NCBI RefSeq assembly: GCF_006345805.1
Contig: NC_042997.1
Span: 83,638,001 to 83,702,000 of the forward strand
Length of the DNA stretch: 64,000 bases
Direction of reading: 5' to 3'
DNA from: Octopus sinensis
Taxonomy: Eukaryota
Shown in pieces: positions 27,481-41,440 of the stretch. The stretch's first letter is position 1. Every line of letters starts with the position of its first letter. The notes beneath the pieces were generated by a model. That model made no database searches. It was not told the origin of the DNA and worked only from the letters and a program-made list of their open reading frames with translations. The translations under genes were made by a program, and so were the position numbers.

Positions 27481-28230
27481 AAACATGACCTGTATGTTTC
27501 AGTTTTCTTTCAGCACTATCACCTATAAACTGCATAAATTTGCTCCTCTCAGGATTTCAGAGTTTGTGATTCTGTCCCTGTACATGAGGTTGAGTATTCT
27601 GTACCATTGTCTTGCCAACAACTGTCTGTGCAGGAGAAACTTGAAAAATGACTGCCGAGTTCACTCAGAGTTTGAATGCCTTCCAATAATACATCACCTA
27701 CAGAGACAGAATCACAAACTCTGAACTCCTGAGAGGAGCTAATCTATGTAGTTTACAGGAGATAGTTGCTGAAAGAATACTGAAACATACAGGTCATGTT
27801 TTCTAACTGCCAGAAGAGTGACTCCTTAAGACAGCTTTACAATGGGTACCACCAGACAGCTAAAGAAAGAGAGGGAAACCCGAAAAGTCATGGTACACCT
27901 TCACAAAAGATCTGAAGCAACTTAGCATTCCTAGGAAGATGCAGGTGACTATGCTCAATACTCAGGACATTTTTGCTGTTGTCTGATGTACTGGCCAACT
28001 GTGCAGAAGGACACTTGCAAGTCATGTTTTTCAACTGCCAGCAAAGTGAAAACCCAAAACAGCTATACAATGGGTACCACCAGAAAGACAAATAAAGAGA
28101 GAGGAGCCCAAAAGACATGGCACACCACCTTCGTAAAAGATCTGAAGCAACTTAGCATGACCTGGAAAGATGCAGGTGACTGGAGATATCTTGCTACCCA
28201 ATGCACAGGCCAACAGTATGCGAAGGATAA
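27481..28230 (+). mobile_element. Rearranged RTE LINE 3'-end fragments
   Basis: ITYRDRITNSELLRGANL...GHVF*LPEE*LLKTALQWVPP...KRGKPEKSW. Inverted duplicate at 27481-27582; direct duplicate at about 28020-28180. Confidence 0.75.
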
Positions 28231-28780
28231 AGAATTAAGTTATTGGATTGAGGCCATGCTGGGGTATTATCTTGATCATATTGACACCAGTACCTAAGAT
28301 GAACTAGTAATTGCTTCATTGGTCTATATTTGATTGAGAAGTGAAGTTTTCAAAATCACAAACATTTATGCACACACACACACACACACACACACCACAC
28401 ACACACACACACACACATACATACATATTTATTATGACTTTTGCACTGTTTCCATCTACCGAATTTCGCTAGCAAGGTATTGATCAACTTGAATCTTCAG
28501 TCAAAGAATGGTGCCAAGCAGTGAGATCAAACCCAGAATGACATGGCTGCAAAGCAAAACTTCATAACCACACAACCATACTTGCACCCATACATATGGG
28601 ATTATTATCATCACATGATTTAATAGTATATTTATCATGAGCAGTGGCATTAAAACTCAAGACAAAAATTCAATCTGTTGGAGCCTAATGCAAAACATAA
28701 AGGTGACTAAAGATAAGGAGTGAAGTGAGAAAGATTTACAAACATTTCAGCACTTCAATCTAACAAATGATAAACAAAGA

Positions 28781-28825
<45 letters not shown>

Positions 28826-29659
28826 ATAGTGTATATCACAAACCATGAATAATAAAAACAAAAACAATATGTGACTAATCAATAAGTTGGCAAATCTTAG
28901 ATATTACAATCTCTGGAAGACACACAAATGTATTTAAATAGTCACACAAATGTAAACACATACGCATGCACATTTAAAGAAATATGCACACAAAGCATTT
29001 GTATATTTTATACATTACATAAAAGGTTTGGTAGTACAAACAGGATAGATAAAGCACAAAACATGACTGTGTGTGTATGTGTAAGTGTGTGTGTGTACAC
29101 ACACGTGTATATGTATACTCATATATATCATACTGGCAGAAATTGCAAAGTGGCTTGAGGCCTGAGAGTTTCACTTGATAAATGTTAGACATTTGAGTCC
29201 TTTTGCAACATCTACCAATTAAAACATGTGTGTGTGTATGAGCATGAGTGAGTGTACACACACACACAGATATATCAGCTTATGCTTATATTTATACACA
29301 TATGCATACGGACAGATAGAAAGAGAAGGAGAGAAAGAGAGAGAGAAAGGAAGGAGAGAGGGGAGAGAGAGAGGGAGGCAGACAGAATAGATATGAATAT
29401 TATGAATATATATTTGTGCACTTATGAAAAATAATTTTTGAACTGGTATACAGTAAAGAATACAATTTTTAGAGTTTTGGAAAATTAAATTAAGAATTTT
29501 ATCTTCTATTTCTTCTTTTTTTTTATTGATTGCAGAATAAATCCTGAGAAAAAAAGAGAAACAAAATAAAGCACAAATTGGACAAATATGACCAGGAAGC
29601 AAGAATCTCAACTGACCATCAACATCATGGCTTAACAATGGTGGGATATTTGATGTAAC

Positions 29660-29883
29660 GTGAAAGCACATGGCTTAGTAGTTGAGATATTTGGTTTAAG
29701 ATCGTAGGAATGTGAGTTCAATTCCAGACAGGATGTTGTACCCTTGAGCAAGACACCTTATTTCATGTTGCTCCAGTTCACATGTCTATGGAGCACTCAG
29801 CCACTAGTACATTATTTTCAGAAGCAAGCTGCTCTATTGATTGGATCAACCAAACACTCATCATCATAACCAACAGAATGCCA
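29660..29883 (+). mobile_element. CORE-like SINE family D, deleted copy
   Basis: gtgaaagcacatggcttagtagtt...gtgagttcaattcc...cttgagcaagacaccttatttcatgttgctccag. Confidence 0.75.
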
Positions 29884-30000
29884 GTCATTTGATGTAACAG
29901 AACCAAATGTCATCCAAAGGGCAATTATAAGCTCAAAATCTTTAACTCAATTATACATGCCTGTGGAGTGCTCAGCCACTTGCATGTAAATTTTACAAGT

Positions 30001-30107
30001 AGGTAAAATCCAGGCTACAGATGTTTTCTAGCTATCAGAACCAGAAGTAGTAATTGCTCAATGAGGGGTACTCCACTAACTACTCATCAGGTTAAAGATA
30101 GCTTAGT

Positions 30108-30110
<3 letters not shown>
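30001..30110 (-). repeat. Short dispersed repeat with a hammerhead-like core (copy 2)
   Basis: Homologous to 20496-20610. Confidence 0.7.
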
Positions 30111-30141
<31 letters not shown>

Positions 30142-32289
30142 TAAATAAAATAAAACATATGCATATATATAAACATATATGTACGTACCTGCCTCTACAT
30201 GTACATATACACGCATATATGAGTACAGGACACCAAAAGGACGTCGAACACAATGAGAAACGAAAACATAGATACAAACCAAAGGAACTGGATATTTTTT
30301 TAAACAACAAAAAAATAGAGTACAGGATAATTAACACAAAGAAAAAACCCCTTCTTCAGTCGCTATGGTTTCATCTACTCTACGTTTCGAAGGATAAAAG
30401 CGAGACGTATCTTCGACAAGAAACTTTCCTTCCTGCAAAAAGCAAATCAATTAAAATTCTGAGATCTTTTTGCAGAGGGCTAAAAAATGGTATACATAAG
30501 TAAATAAATGGAGCTGAATGCAGTTGAATAGCATCTGCATTCAACTCCATTTATTTACTTATACTATACAAATTACTGCACATTAACCTGGAGTTTCTAC
30601 CTTTGAATAGGTCGCTACATACTTATTACTTGCATGAATTTTGCTACCCTGGTAACTGTTTATTGAATAACTGTAAACAAAGGATAACTCATTCATCCAT
30701 TTATATATATATATATATACACATGCACATATATAAAATACATACCTGTAGATATATGTATGTATATGTAACCAATTAGAAATAGTGTGAGGATATGATT
30801 ATGACATCCCAGTACTGTTAAAAAGACTGGAAATATTTTACTCCCTTCAATTCTAATGTATTTAGAATTGCTACTGTTAATTGATATGCATATGTCTTCT
30901 TATCTTATTGATTTTTTAAATGTTTTTGATATAAACCAACCAGGAACCACCTAGCTCTGTGATACAATTTTCCTTTATTCAAAAGGTGCATAATAAACTT
31001 TCAATCAAGATTTTATCATTATATATTTAGAAGGCAGCTAAACAATGTCTAAGTTATTTTACTGAATTCATTATATTCTAAATTTATTGAAAGCTAGACA
31101 GTATATTTCAATGGAAATCTGAGAACAAAACAGTTAAACTAATCTACATATTTGTCTGGTTTTAACTAATTTACATACAAATATATAACTACATTGTTCT
31201 TTCTTCACACTCTCTAATTGGAATTTGTGTATTGTTTGAATTAGAAAATATGGTGTTGATTTTGTTATCCCACGAATCTCCAGATTCGTTGTCAATAATG
31301 TAAATATTTTCTGAGTTACTGTCATCATCATTGTCATTGTCATCAGAAGGTGGATGTAGTCAGAGAGAGCATATGGCTTATCGTTTCTTACAAAGAAAAT
31401 ATATTCTGTTGCTCCTGATCCAATCTACATGACAACTTAAATTATGCCACATAAGGAAATTATAGTTTCCAAAGAAATGTGTACCTGATGCAGATTGAAA
31501 CCAAATAATGCAACTGGATTTGCTCCTGTGCTGGAGACATTTTGTGTTATTTGTAACATAGAAACAAAACTGATTATAAAATAGAAATAGAAGCAGAGTG
31601 AGAAAGGAAAACTCAACGAGGAAGGAAAGCTGAAAATGAAAAAAACCTTAAGGAAGGAAGAGATAACATGTAAAAGTTTATGAAGGTGCAAGCTCATTGT
31701 GGAGCATAACTGTGTCAGCTCATTGTGGAGTGTACCTGTGTCAGACACTGCTTACAACAAAATACAAATTGTATAAAAAGTAGTGCTTTGAGTGGCTTCG
31801 AGATGCCACAAAATGTCAGCTGAAGACAATCTGCATCATGCATTATGGAACCAGTAGTATTTTCTGGCTTTACTATATCTAGTTTAGTTTAGTGCCACAA
31901 CAGGCACTGAGACACCAACAAAAGAAGATAAGGAAAGAAGAGAAACAGAAGAAGAAAGAGATAAAACAAGAAATGCTGAAAGAAGAGGAAATAATTATAG
32001 GGGTAAAACAGACTCACAAGAAAAAAAAAAAAAACAATTGTTCTCTACATATGAGCAAAACCTATGGAAAATCCAAGGGTTATTGAGAAGTGAAAATTGT
32101 AGATGTCTTGTTACTGAAAGGATAGTGACAACAGTGAATGGCAGGCAAGATAGATAGAGAAGGAGAGATGAAGGCGGAAGTTGTGACATGTTAATTGAGG
32201 GAAAAACTGAAAGAGAAGAGAAAAAAGAACAAACAAAAAAAGAAACCCTGAGGAATAAACATTATCACCACTGCCACCACCAGTAAATG

Positions 32290-33560
32290 TAAGAGAGGTA
32301 CTTAACCAAAAGTAAACTACTGTATTTGGCATTCATTGACTTGGAGAAAGCCTTTGATAAAGTCCTGCACTCCCTCATATCCTGGAGACTGCAGAAGCTA
32401 GATGTAAATAAATGACTGGTGACAGCCATTCAAGTTATGTATAGGAGTGCTGTCAGTAAGGTGAGAATTGGCAATGAGTACAGCTAAAGATTTAGTGTGC
32501 ATGTAGGGGTTCACCACAGCTCATATTTCAGTCCCCTCCTTTTTATCAGAGACCTTCAGGCTATAACAGGGAAGTGTAAGACTGAGTGCTCATGAAAAAT
32601 CCTCTATGTTGATGACCCTGTTCTTATAGTTGAAATTTTAATAGGATTAGAAAAGAAATTCCTAATGTGGAAGTAAAACCTGGAATCAAAGGGCCTCAGT
32701 GTTAACTTAGCAAAGACTAAAGTTTTAATAAGCAGGAAAACAGACAGAATGTTATCAGGAAAATGGTAGTGCTTTTTATGTAGAAAAGAGGTAAGTAGAA
32801 ATTCCATACAGTGTACCCAGAGCAAACTATGAACATATAAGAAGTGCAGTGGAATCACAGGAAAGTCAATAGAAAGAGTAAACTTTGTCTGTGGCAAATG
32901 TACAGGAGAAATTAAAACTAAGAACCAGAGAGAAATAGATTTTATCAAATACCCAGGTTTGCTAGAAGTAAGAAATAGTTTCTGTTACCTATTTGACCTA
33001 ATTACCAGTGGAGGGAGGATGTTTTGAAAGCATAGTAACTAGAATAAGATCTGTATGAAGGAACTTCAGAGAGCAATTACCTCTGTTGGAAACAAAAGGT
33101 TGGTCTCTATCACTTTCAGAGTGAAAGGCAGATCATATGGTAGTAGTGTATGAAAAGCAATACTACCTGGTGGCATGGAATTATGGGCCCATATGCAGAG
33201 GATATGTGAAAACTAGAATGGATGAAGCTACCATGTTCCACTAGATGTGCAATGTCAGTATACATAATATGACAAGGTGCAAATGTATTGAAAAAAAAAC
33301 TGGGCATAAGAGGTAGCAGATGTAGTGTATAAGACTATGCTGCTATGGTTATATGAAGCATATGGGGGGGGGGCAGCTGCATAAAAAGATGCTGATTGCT
33401 AAATATGGATGGGATTTGTGGAAGGAGGAGACCCAGGATAACATGGGATAATGAAGTAAAGATCAACCTCACAATTTTGATTCTCAAAGGAAAGACGTAA
33501 AGGACCAAGATGACTGGCAATTTGCTATACTTCAGAAGACCAGTCCATCTCAGCAAAAAT
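32290..33560 (+). mobile_element. Degraded RTE-clade LINE RT fragment
   Basis: LYLAFIDLEKAFDKV, GVHHSSYFSPLLF, ILYVDD, GLSVNLAKTKV and a CxxC...SIQCTQ insert, with several stops. Confidence 0.9.
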
Positions 33561-33950
33561 ATAAGCCTTTCAGTTTGTCTGTGTCCTACATTTAAGTTGT
33601 TCCCACTGTTCATCTTCTCAACACCTATTTTTCCTTCACTCTTTTAACTACAACACTATACATTTTTTCAGCCATTGTGGCTTTATATCATAATTTCTTT
33701 AGCTGTCAGAATAAAAAAAGCTTTTTGCTCACTATGCCTGAATATATCTATAAGTCAATGTCACATGAAAACTGTTACCTTCAAACCATTTATCCCAAAA
33801 GGAATATCTACCCTGATCAAATTAGATATACAATAACCCTCACTTTTTCCAGCTGTCTTCTCAATTTCATGGAAGATCCAAAATGTATGCACTATCTTGA
33901 ATATAGTAAATATTTCAATCTTGCCCAACAATGGCAACCCTCTAATCTAA

Positions 33951-34163
33951 CCCTTTTGATACCAACCCAGATGAAACTGCCTGTGGCTCTGTAGTATAAA
34001 TATCTTGTTTTCAAGTGTTCTGAATTAAAATCTTTCACCAAACCTTAGTCACAATTTATGTTCTTAATACTAGCTTAACAATAACTAAGTTTACTAAATT
34101 CTTCATTATATTTAAAATTAATTGAAAGAAACACAGAGCATCTCAACAATGGTAACAAAAGGG
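33951..34163. mobile_element. piggyBac-type MITE family 1
   Basis: ctaa|cccttttgatacc ... ggtaacaaaaggg|ttaa. Homologous to 49292-49513. Confidence 0.85.
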
Positions 34164-35699
34164 TTAATATTTCTAAATTGACAGAAACAAGTATGAACAA
34201 TTATATAAAAATCTGTCTGCCTCTTTTTGCCCTCTGTTTTTTCCCTACTGACTATTAAAATGAGTTTTGAAAAGCAAGATATATATATATATATATTTTA
34301 TAATAATATACATAATTACAAGGGCTTGGCTTGTGCCTCACCACGAACTGAAAAATAGACGTCAAAAGACACTATTACCACCATAAATAGTGTCTTTTGA
34401 CGTCTATGGTGAGGCACAAGCCAAGCTCTTGTTATAATAATGTATATAATTATAAAATATTTATAAAATTTACCTATGAGGTTTTATTTCCGTGCTGACC
34501 ACTTGATAAAAATCATTAATGATTTTTACCCTTTATTATATATATATATATGTATACACACACACACAAACATGGGGGGGGGGGTCTTAATTCCCAAACT
34601 GAAACAAAAGAACAGGACAACAAAAAGGTTACTGCACTCTGCTTGTTTTCAATAAATTATGATGTGTAAACCTCCTAGATTATTTCCTTTCTAATGAGTT
34701 ATACCAAGAACTAATTACATACATCTAAAAAAAAAGGCCTTCTTATGAGCTGTATTGCTTCTACTCTTGTCAACCATACTCTCTTAATTACCTGCCCTGT
34801 TTACTCTGGCATCCTTCTACAAGTTATAATATCCATCCATCCATTTCTCTCTCTCTGTTCTTTCATGACCTACTCTCAATCAACACTTATTCACTCTCCT
34901 CCCAGTAATGCTACCTATGTATCAGTTTGTACATAACAAAAGAAATTATGCACAAGCATCCATCTGTTTCAATGCAAAGTAATAGTCAATTACCATTCTT
35001 GATCTACCTCTATTCTGTTTAAGATTGATTACCACCTTAAAGTACATTCTCACTCGCTTCTCATTAACCATTCTCAACACCTGAGTTGTTTCTCTTGTAA
35101 CAAGAACCTTATGCATATTTAATTAGTCAAATCTATTATTTTAGTTCATTCAGTCCATCAGTTTAGGTTTGGAATGCATATCCAGCAGACCATAGTGATT
35201 TTTATTTGTCTCAAGTCTTATCAGTATTCATATTTAACTAACCTTCAACTCCAATCATACAATACAAAATGACAGTATATCTTTCCTCATTATTACCTAT
35301 TATCAAGAATGAAGAACAGCAGAAGAAGCAGGAGTGCCTGATTAAATGATTCATAATAACCTGTACTGCCTTTTTTAGTAAGAGGTATTTAGTTACATTC
35401 TGAGTTCAAATCTGAGTAGGGTTCATTTCAGTTATCATCCAGTAAAATATAAAGCCTATATCTTTTACTCTTTACTCATTGCAGTCATTAGGTGGCAGCC
35501 ATGCTGAGGCACCACTATATCTGAAGGAAAATACTCCATGGGGGCATTTAGCATATTAAATACAAATATTGTAGGGCCCAACATCTGTAACACAGTGGAG
35601 AGCAAAAACATCAATCAACTGGGATTATCCAAGTAATTATTAAACAAAAACTCACCCAATGATATCTCAAGATCCACCCCTACCAAAAGAAAAAAAAAA

Positions 35700-37660
35700 C
35701 TTTTTCTAAATTCCAGTAAGATCAGCTGATTGACATTTTTGAACATTATAAGCAACAGAAAGTGGAGTAGAGATTGCTTTTTAAAGACAGATGGTAACAG
35801 TAACTCACATTCCTGTCTTACTAGATCTCTTTAGTGAAACAGTTGGCAAGATTAAGAGGGAAACTGCATTTTGCATACTAAACACAAACATAGTTGGGCA
35901 TCACATATATTATTGTGACTGATTCAATCAGAATGAGTGCTGCCTTAGGCCAATGTAAGAAATCATTATGAATTCTTAATAAGATACAAATTATATAAAT
36001 CATTCTAGCTATTATTGTCCTCATTATAGAGCTACCAAGTGACAGATGCATGAATCAATGATAAGTAGTTGTTTATTTATTATATGGTATCAATGGTTAA
36101 GCTTTCCTCTCATTATATTAGTAACAGCTTTGCAAGAACACATGAAACCTAAAGCTTCATATTGCCATTCCCTCTAAACTCTCAATGAAGAAACCTCTTT
36201 AATAAAGTTTTTCCATTCTCTTTTTTCTTTTTTCCTTCTCAAAGATATCGATTAAATGACATTTACCACTGAGTACATTTATTTCAAGTTCAGAATACAT
36301 TTACTGGTTTATATTATTCATCATGTATGATCAGACATGTTTAGTCAGGAAAGCTTGATCAAATACTAACACTAAAAAGCAACAATATTTATAAATTATC
36401 TTAATTCATTATTTATGCTTTGTTTTCTTAAATTAATTTCCCCTTCTCCCAGTCTTTAATAACACAATAAAAAAACTCACAAAAGAGTGTTTGGGACATA
36501 TATTGCAAAATTCTACAGTCTGAAGCAAGAGGGGAATAACTGGAACTTCTCTTAAAGAATTTTTGGGTGAGTGCAGAGGCTATACAATATTTTAGTCTAT
36601 GTTCAAACGCTGACAACTGTAACTGACAAGCAATCTTTCATTCCCTAATATATTACAACCACTAGTACTTTAACATACTATCCTCACTCTTCTATCATCT
36701 TACAACAATGATTTCTGTTCCTCTTCGCACACATAAGCTGTGTATCACCCAAACAAGTCTGATACACTTGGCTTAATTCCTTTCAGTTCTCTCATTCTGT
36801 CTCCTTTCTCCATCAGACTTAGTTGTAAATCCAATCCGAAACACACCTATCTGGAACACCCTCCTATTCCATTTTTTCTCTGTGGACATCAATCCACTAT
36901 GTTCAAGCTGAACATTATTGATACAAATCTCATCATCCAAGGAGAGTGAAGAGTCAAAAATGATTATGGGTGATGCTTTCTTTCTCAGAATAGACAGGAA
37001 ATAAAATATTAACACTGGATGTACTTTAAAGGTTTAACTTTCTGGCTGCGACCTTACTGGAGCACCAACAATATTGCTGACACATTTTATATTTTTCTTA
37101 TATGTCATAGAGAAAGAGCTGAAGGATGAGGGCTTTCTTTGTGATTTATAACAAGTTATTGCTTTATCTAGAACTTTATGCAGCTCACACTCAACTGGTT
37201 CAACAATAATTGAGAATGGTGGTTGAGCATGTTCACAAATTCTCAACAGACCATTGACAAAAAAGACACCAAAATGGCATACAGTTTGTAGAAACAGAAT
37301 CTGGTAAGAATAGGGACTTAAAACTGTTTCTCAAACTTTGCATTTATCATGTGTGCATCATCACATTCCTGTTATAGCCATTTGAGACATGGCTTCTTGC
37401 AGGAATGATTTGGCAAAATATTTTCAAGATTTCTACAAAAGTATCTAAAATTTATATTAAACATCAATTTAAATTCTTTTGCACCTGACACAAAAGTGCT
37501 GGAAAAAATGAACTGTCTTACAAAAAAATCTTGCCTGAACTGATACTATATGTGATGAGTTGGTTATGTCACCTGTCTTGATGTTTATAGGTTTCCAAAG
37601 CAATTACTTTATGAAGAATTAGGTCTCAATAAGTGTCTCTGGCACATGCCAAAAAGGAGA
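35700..37660 (+). mobile_element. Old, heavily degraded RTE-clade LINE (RT and C-terminus)
   Basis: Plus-strand frameshifted motifs appear in the correct order: SETVGKI..NECCLRP, QQY(t)ADT (YADD site), TIDKK, KLCIYHVCIITFLL*PFETW, FILNI...DTKVLEK, YRFPKQLLYEEL. Confidence 0.7.
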
Positions 37661-37663
37661 TTT

Positions 37664-37694
<31 letters not shown>

Positions 37695-37829
37695 ATGCAC
37701 ACACACATTCATACATACACACACACATGTATATCACACACATATATAGACACATATCATGTGTGTCTATATATATATATATATATGATCATAAGCACTG
37801 AGTGTAGTAAAAACACCTTTGGAATGATT

Positions 37830-38210
37830 TCTTTGAAACGGCTGGAAGGTACTCTAGATATAGATGATGGCTTCCATTACTGAGGTGACCTTACCAGCAG
37901 TGGGTGGATGCGAGTATTGTGAAAGCATAAGAGCCCAAGTAAGAATGATGTGTGTAAACTTCAGGAAGCTGTTCACTCTGCCAGCCATAAAAGCATTTTC
38001 TCTCTCTCTCTTTTTTAATAAAGAGTCCATTGTCATGTGTATGAAAAGTGATATTGCATGGCAGCAAAACATGGGGATTCAATGTGAAGAATGTGCAAGG
38101 AAAGGAAAGGAGAGAAGAGAGCATACTCTGCTGGATGTATCATGTTAGTGTACATGAATGACAGAGCACAAATGAACCGAAAGGAAAATTTGGCTTAAGA
38201 GGAATCAACT
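37830..38210 (+). mobile_element. Degraded RTE LINE C-terminal fragment
   Basis: VGGCEYCESIRAQVRMMCVNFRKLFTLPAIKAFSL resembles the post-YLG region of RTE RTs. Confidence 0.65.
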
Positions 38211-39369
38211 GTTGTGAGCAAGAGAGAAGACAGAGAATACAGTAGTGTTATGGATACGTGATATGCATAAAAGGTGACAGTTGGGTAAAGAAGTGCTGAG
38301 TGATTCAAGTAAAGTAACTTGTGGAAAGAGGAAGATATAGGAAGAAATGATGAAGGCTGATCTCAGGAATCTGAGCTTCATGATGAAGACGACAATGAAC
38401 TGCAACAGGTAACAAGATGTCAGGCTGGAGAAATCTTGTCCAGCCTGAGCAAGCATGGAGAACCGGATGTAAAAATGATGATGATAATATACAGGCAATA
38501 AGTGTCTGTGTGTATATGTATAATATATATATATATAAATTACATTATTAATAGGCTACTGGATGAATACCAACCAATAATATCCATTTGCGCTGCGATA
38601 AAACAACTTTTTCATACAAAAGCAGCAGCAAAAAAATAATAAATAAATAAATGAAAAACAAAACAAAAGAAACTAAGAAACTAGAGACCAATCATTAGGA
38701 CAAAATTGGCAGCACAGGAAAAATTGAGAAAGTGTCTTAAGATCTGAAACACATTAGTAGACAACATAATCAGACTGGCGAACTGTTACAAACCAAGTAA
38801 CATTGCAAGCAGGAAAAGAAATTAGTTCTTCGACATTTGCAATGCAGTTTATTAATGGACTGAAAGGTTTGTATTAAGTAGAAATGTAAAAAGATAAAGG
38901 GGAGGGGATTAGAGCTATTAATACTGCTCTTGTTCTTATTCTAGTTGCTACTGTTGTTATTGTTGTTGCTAGTTTAGTGGTGGCAGTGGTTGTGGTGGAG
39001 GTGTTGTTTTTAACCACAGATGATTAATAAACAGCACTGAGTTGAAAAGAATGGTTTGCCTATACATACTTAATACTAGAGTATGTCCTATATATATATA
39101 TATACACACACACACATACACACGCTTGTATGTATACACTTTTGTATACACATACACCTTCAGTTGTCTACCTATAAATACACACACACACCAAACGTAC
39201 GCATCTATAGACTATACATGTATGCATACTCAGGCATACATGCGTGTACACAGAGACAACGACACTGTAATTTAGTAAAATGTAAATCCCAAATGAAGAG
39301 GAAGCAAATGCCTATTAAGCCAGCCACCATGAACAGAAAAGAGCGAAAGATAAAGTTGGAGACATAAAG

Positions 39370-40000
39370 GTATATATATATGTGTGTGTGTGTGTGTACA
39401 TACATATATATGCATGTGTGTATATGTATGTGTATGTATATGTATATAGATATATGTGTGTGTATATATGCATATATATGCATGCATGTATGTGTATGTA
39501 TATAGATATATGTGTGTATGAGTGTATATATATTTTACACACACATACACACTTCCATGTATATGGGTATTTATGTGTGTGTGTGCATGTACATGTGTGT
39601 GTTTGCATTTATATAGTCAATGTGTGTTCTTATATGGGTATACAGAGATGTGTATGCATATTTGGGTATTATTTCATATTTATATATATGTGCACACATA
39701 CAAATACAGGCATAAACACATATATACATACATATTTGTGTACATATATGTATACATACATACACACATGTGTGTGTATATATACATCTATATCTATATA
39801 AATATATATATATACACATCTATATATATACCTCTATATACATATATATACACACACATATACATACATATGTAAGTATATGTGTATATACATATATATA
39901 TATATATGCATATACCTATATACATACATATTTATACACATAAATGCATGTGTCTGTGTATATGTACACACACACATACATCCATATACATATATATAGA
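39370..40000. repeat. Compound (TG/TA/CA)n microsatellite
   Basis: Directly visible. Confidence 0.95.
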
Positions 40001-40008
40001 TACACACT

Positions 40009-40378
40009 GGCATGGCTGTATGGGTAGGAACCTTACTTTACAAGCATGTGGTTTCTGGTTCAGTCCCACTGCGTGGCATTCTTGTGACCAATGTCTTGTG
40101 AGTGAGTTTGGTAGATGGAAACTGTGTGGAAGCTTGTTATATATACATGTGTGTGTGTGTGTGTGTCTTTTTACTTATCTCCCCACTGCTTGACAACTTG
40201 CGTTGGCTTGTTTACATCCATGTAACTTAGCAGTTTGGCAAAAGTGACCAATAGAATAAGCCCAGGCTTTAAATAAAAAAAAAGACGACAGAAGTACCGA
40301 GGTTGATTTATTCTACTAAATCCTTCAAGGCAATGCTCCAGCCTGACCCTCATCTAATAATTTCAAACAAGTAAAAAA
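40009..40378 (+). mobile_element. SINE family A
   Basis: ggcatggctgtatgggtagg...gttcagtcccactgcgtggca...gtaacttagcagtttggcaaaag...gaataag. Confidence 0.85.
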
Positions 40379-41099
40379 TTAAAAATGTATCAATAAATAC
40401 ATATGTACATATCTACACACATACACACATATTTATATATATATACACATACACACATACATATGTATAATTATACACACTCAAACATCTATACATAAAT
40501 ATCAATGTACACATTGATATACACATATATAAGCAAATACTCCTGTACATACTCATATACACAAAAACGTGTACATATACACAAAATATATGTACATGAA
40601 CATATATATGCATGTGTTCATGTATGCCCATGTTTAAGTGTGTGTATCTCCACTTGCATATGCATACATATTTATATACATACATAGAAAGAGAATGAGA
40701 GAGCATGAAAGAAAGACAGAAAGAAAGAGACACAGAGAGAAGCAAGAGTGGAGTCCATTTGGAGAAATGTGTCCTGGTACTAAAGCTAAGTGAGTTGTCA
40801 TTTGAGAATTGGACTTTTAACTGTGAGTTGAGTTGAGTCGTGCCTGACTAGCAGATCGCTATATTCCGTCTCCCCTGTTGCGAAGATTCAGTGATGCGAC
40901 ACTTAACCAAGGACCGATATCTGAATGAGGAAACTGGGATGCAGCAGAGAGTGGAAAATCTAGTCACAAATTCTATTTGGTTTATTTCATTACATATTTT
41001 CTTTATTATTAGTTTTTTTTTTCTATTATTTTCTATTTTTATTTTTATCATTATTTTTATTCTGCTGACGCGATTGGATGGATAGGATAACTCCACCAG

Positions 41100-41305
41100 C
41101 ACCAAACAGCAGTAGCACTACCACCACCACCAACAACAACAAAATAGAAAATGACAACAACAAAAACAAGCACAACAATGATAACCATAACAAGAAAGAT
41201 GACAATGCACAATAATAATAACAACACAGAGATACATAAACAAATACATAAATACATAAACAATGCAAGAATAACCATAGTGAGATGACAACAGCAATAA
41301 TAATG

Positions 41306-41374
<69 letters not shown>

Positions 41375-41440
41375 CAACAACAATAAGTACAAAAAAGATG
41401 ACAACAATAATAGTAAGAGTAACAACAAACAATAATTATA
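41100..41440. repeat. (AAT)n/(CAA)n low-complexity tract
   Basis: Directly visible. Confidence 0.9.

Noticed and set aside
30340-30430. CpG-rich patch with CTGAAGA and CGAAACGT on the minus strand
   Set aside because: The motifs are in the wrong order for a hammerhead. It may be a Penelope-related remnant, but I cannot support that.
36453-36566. Strong acceptor and GTGAGT donor on plus
   Set aside because: Stops in all three frames, and it lies inside the degraded RTE.
37058-37300. 243-bp open minus-strand frame with good AG/GT boundaries (ILFLQTVCHF...NIVGAP), superficially kinase-like
   Set aside because: The plus strand of the same bases carries ordered RTE RT motifs (YADD remnant, TIDK, ETW, FPKQLLY), so this is most simply the antisense of a dead LINE. 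Exonisation cannot be excluded without RNA data.
40848-40990. Protein-like frames (SPLLRRFSDATLNQGP; RHLTKDRYLNEETG)
   Set aside because: No convincing splice acceptor or start context. Kept only as part of the CpG-retaining zone.
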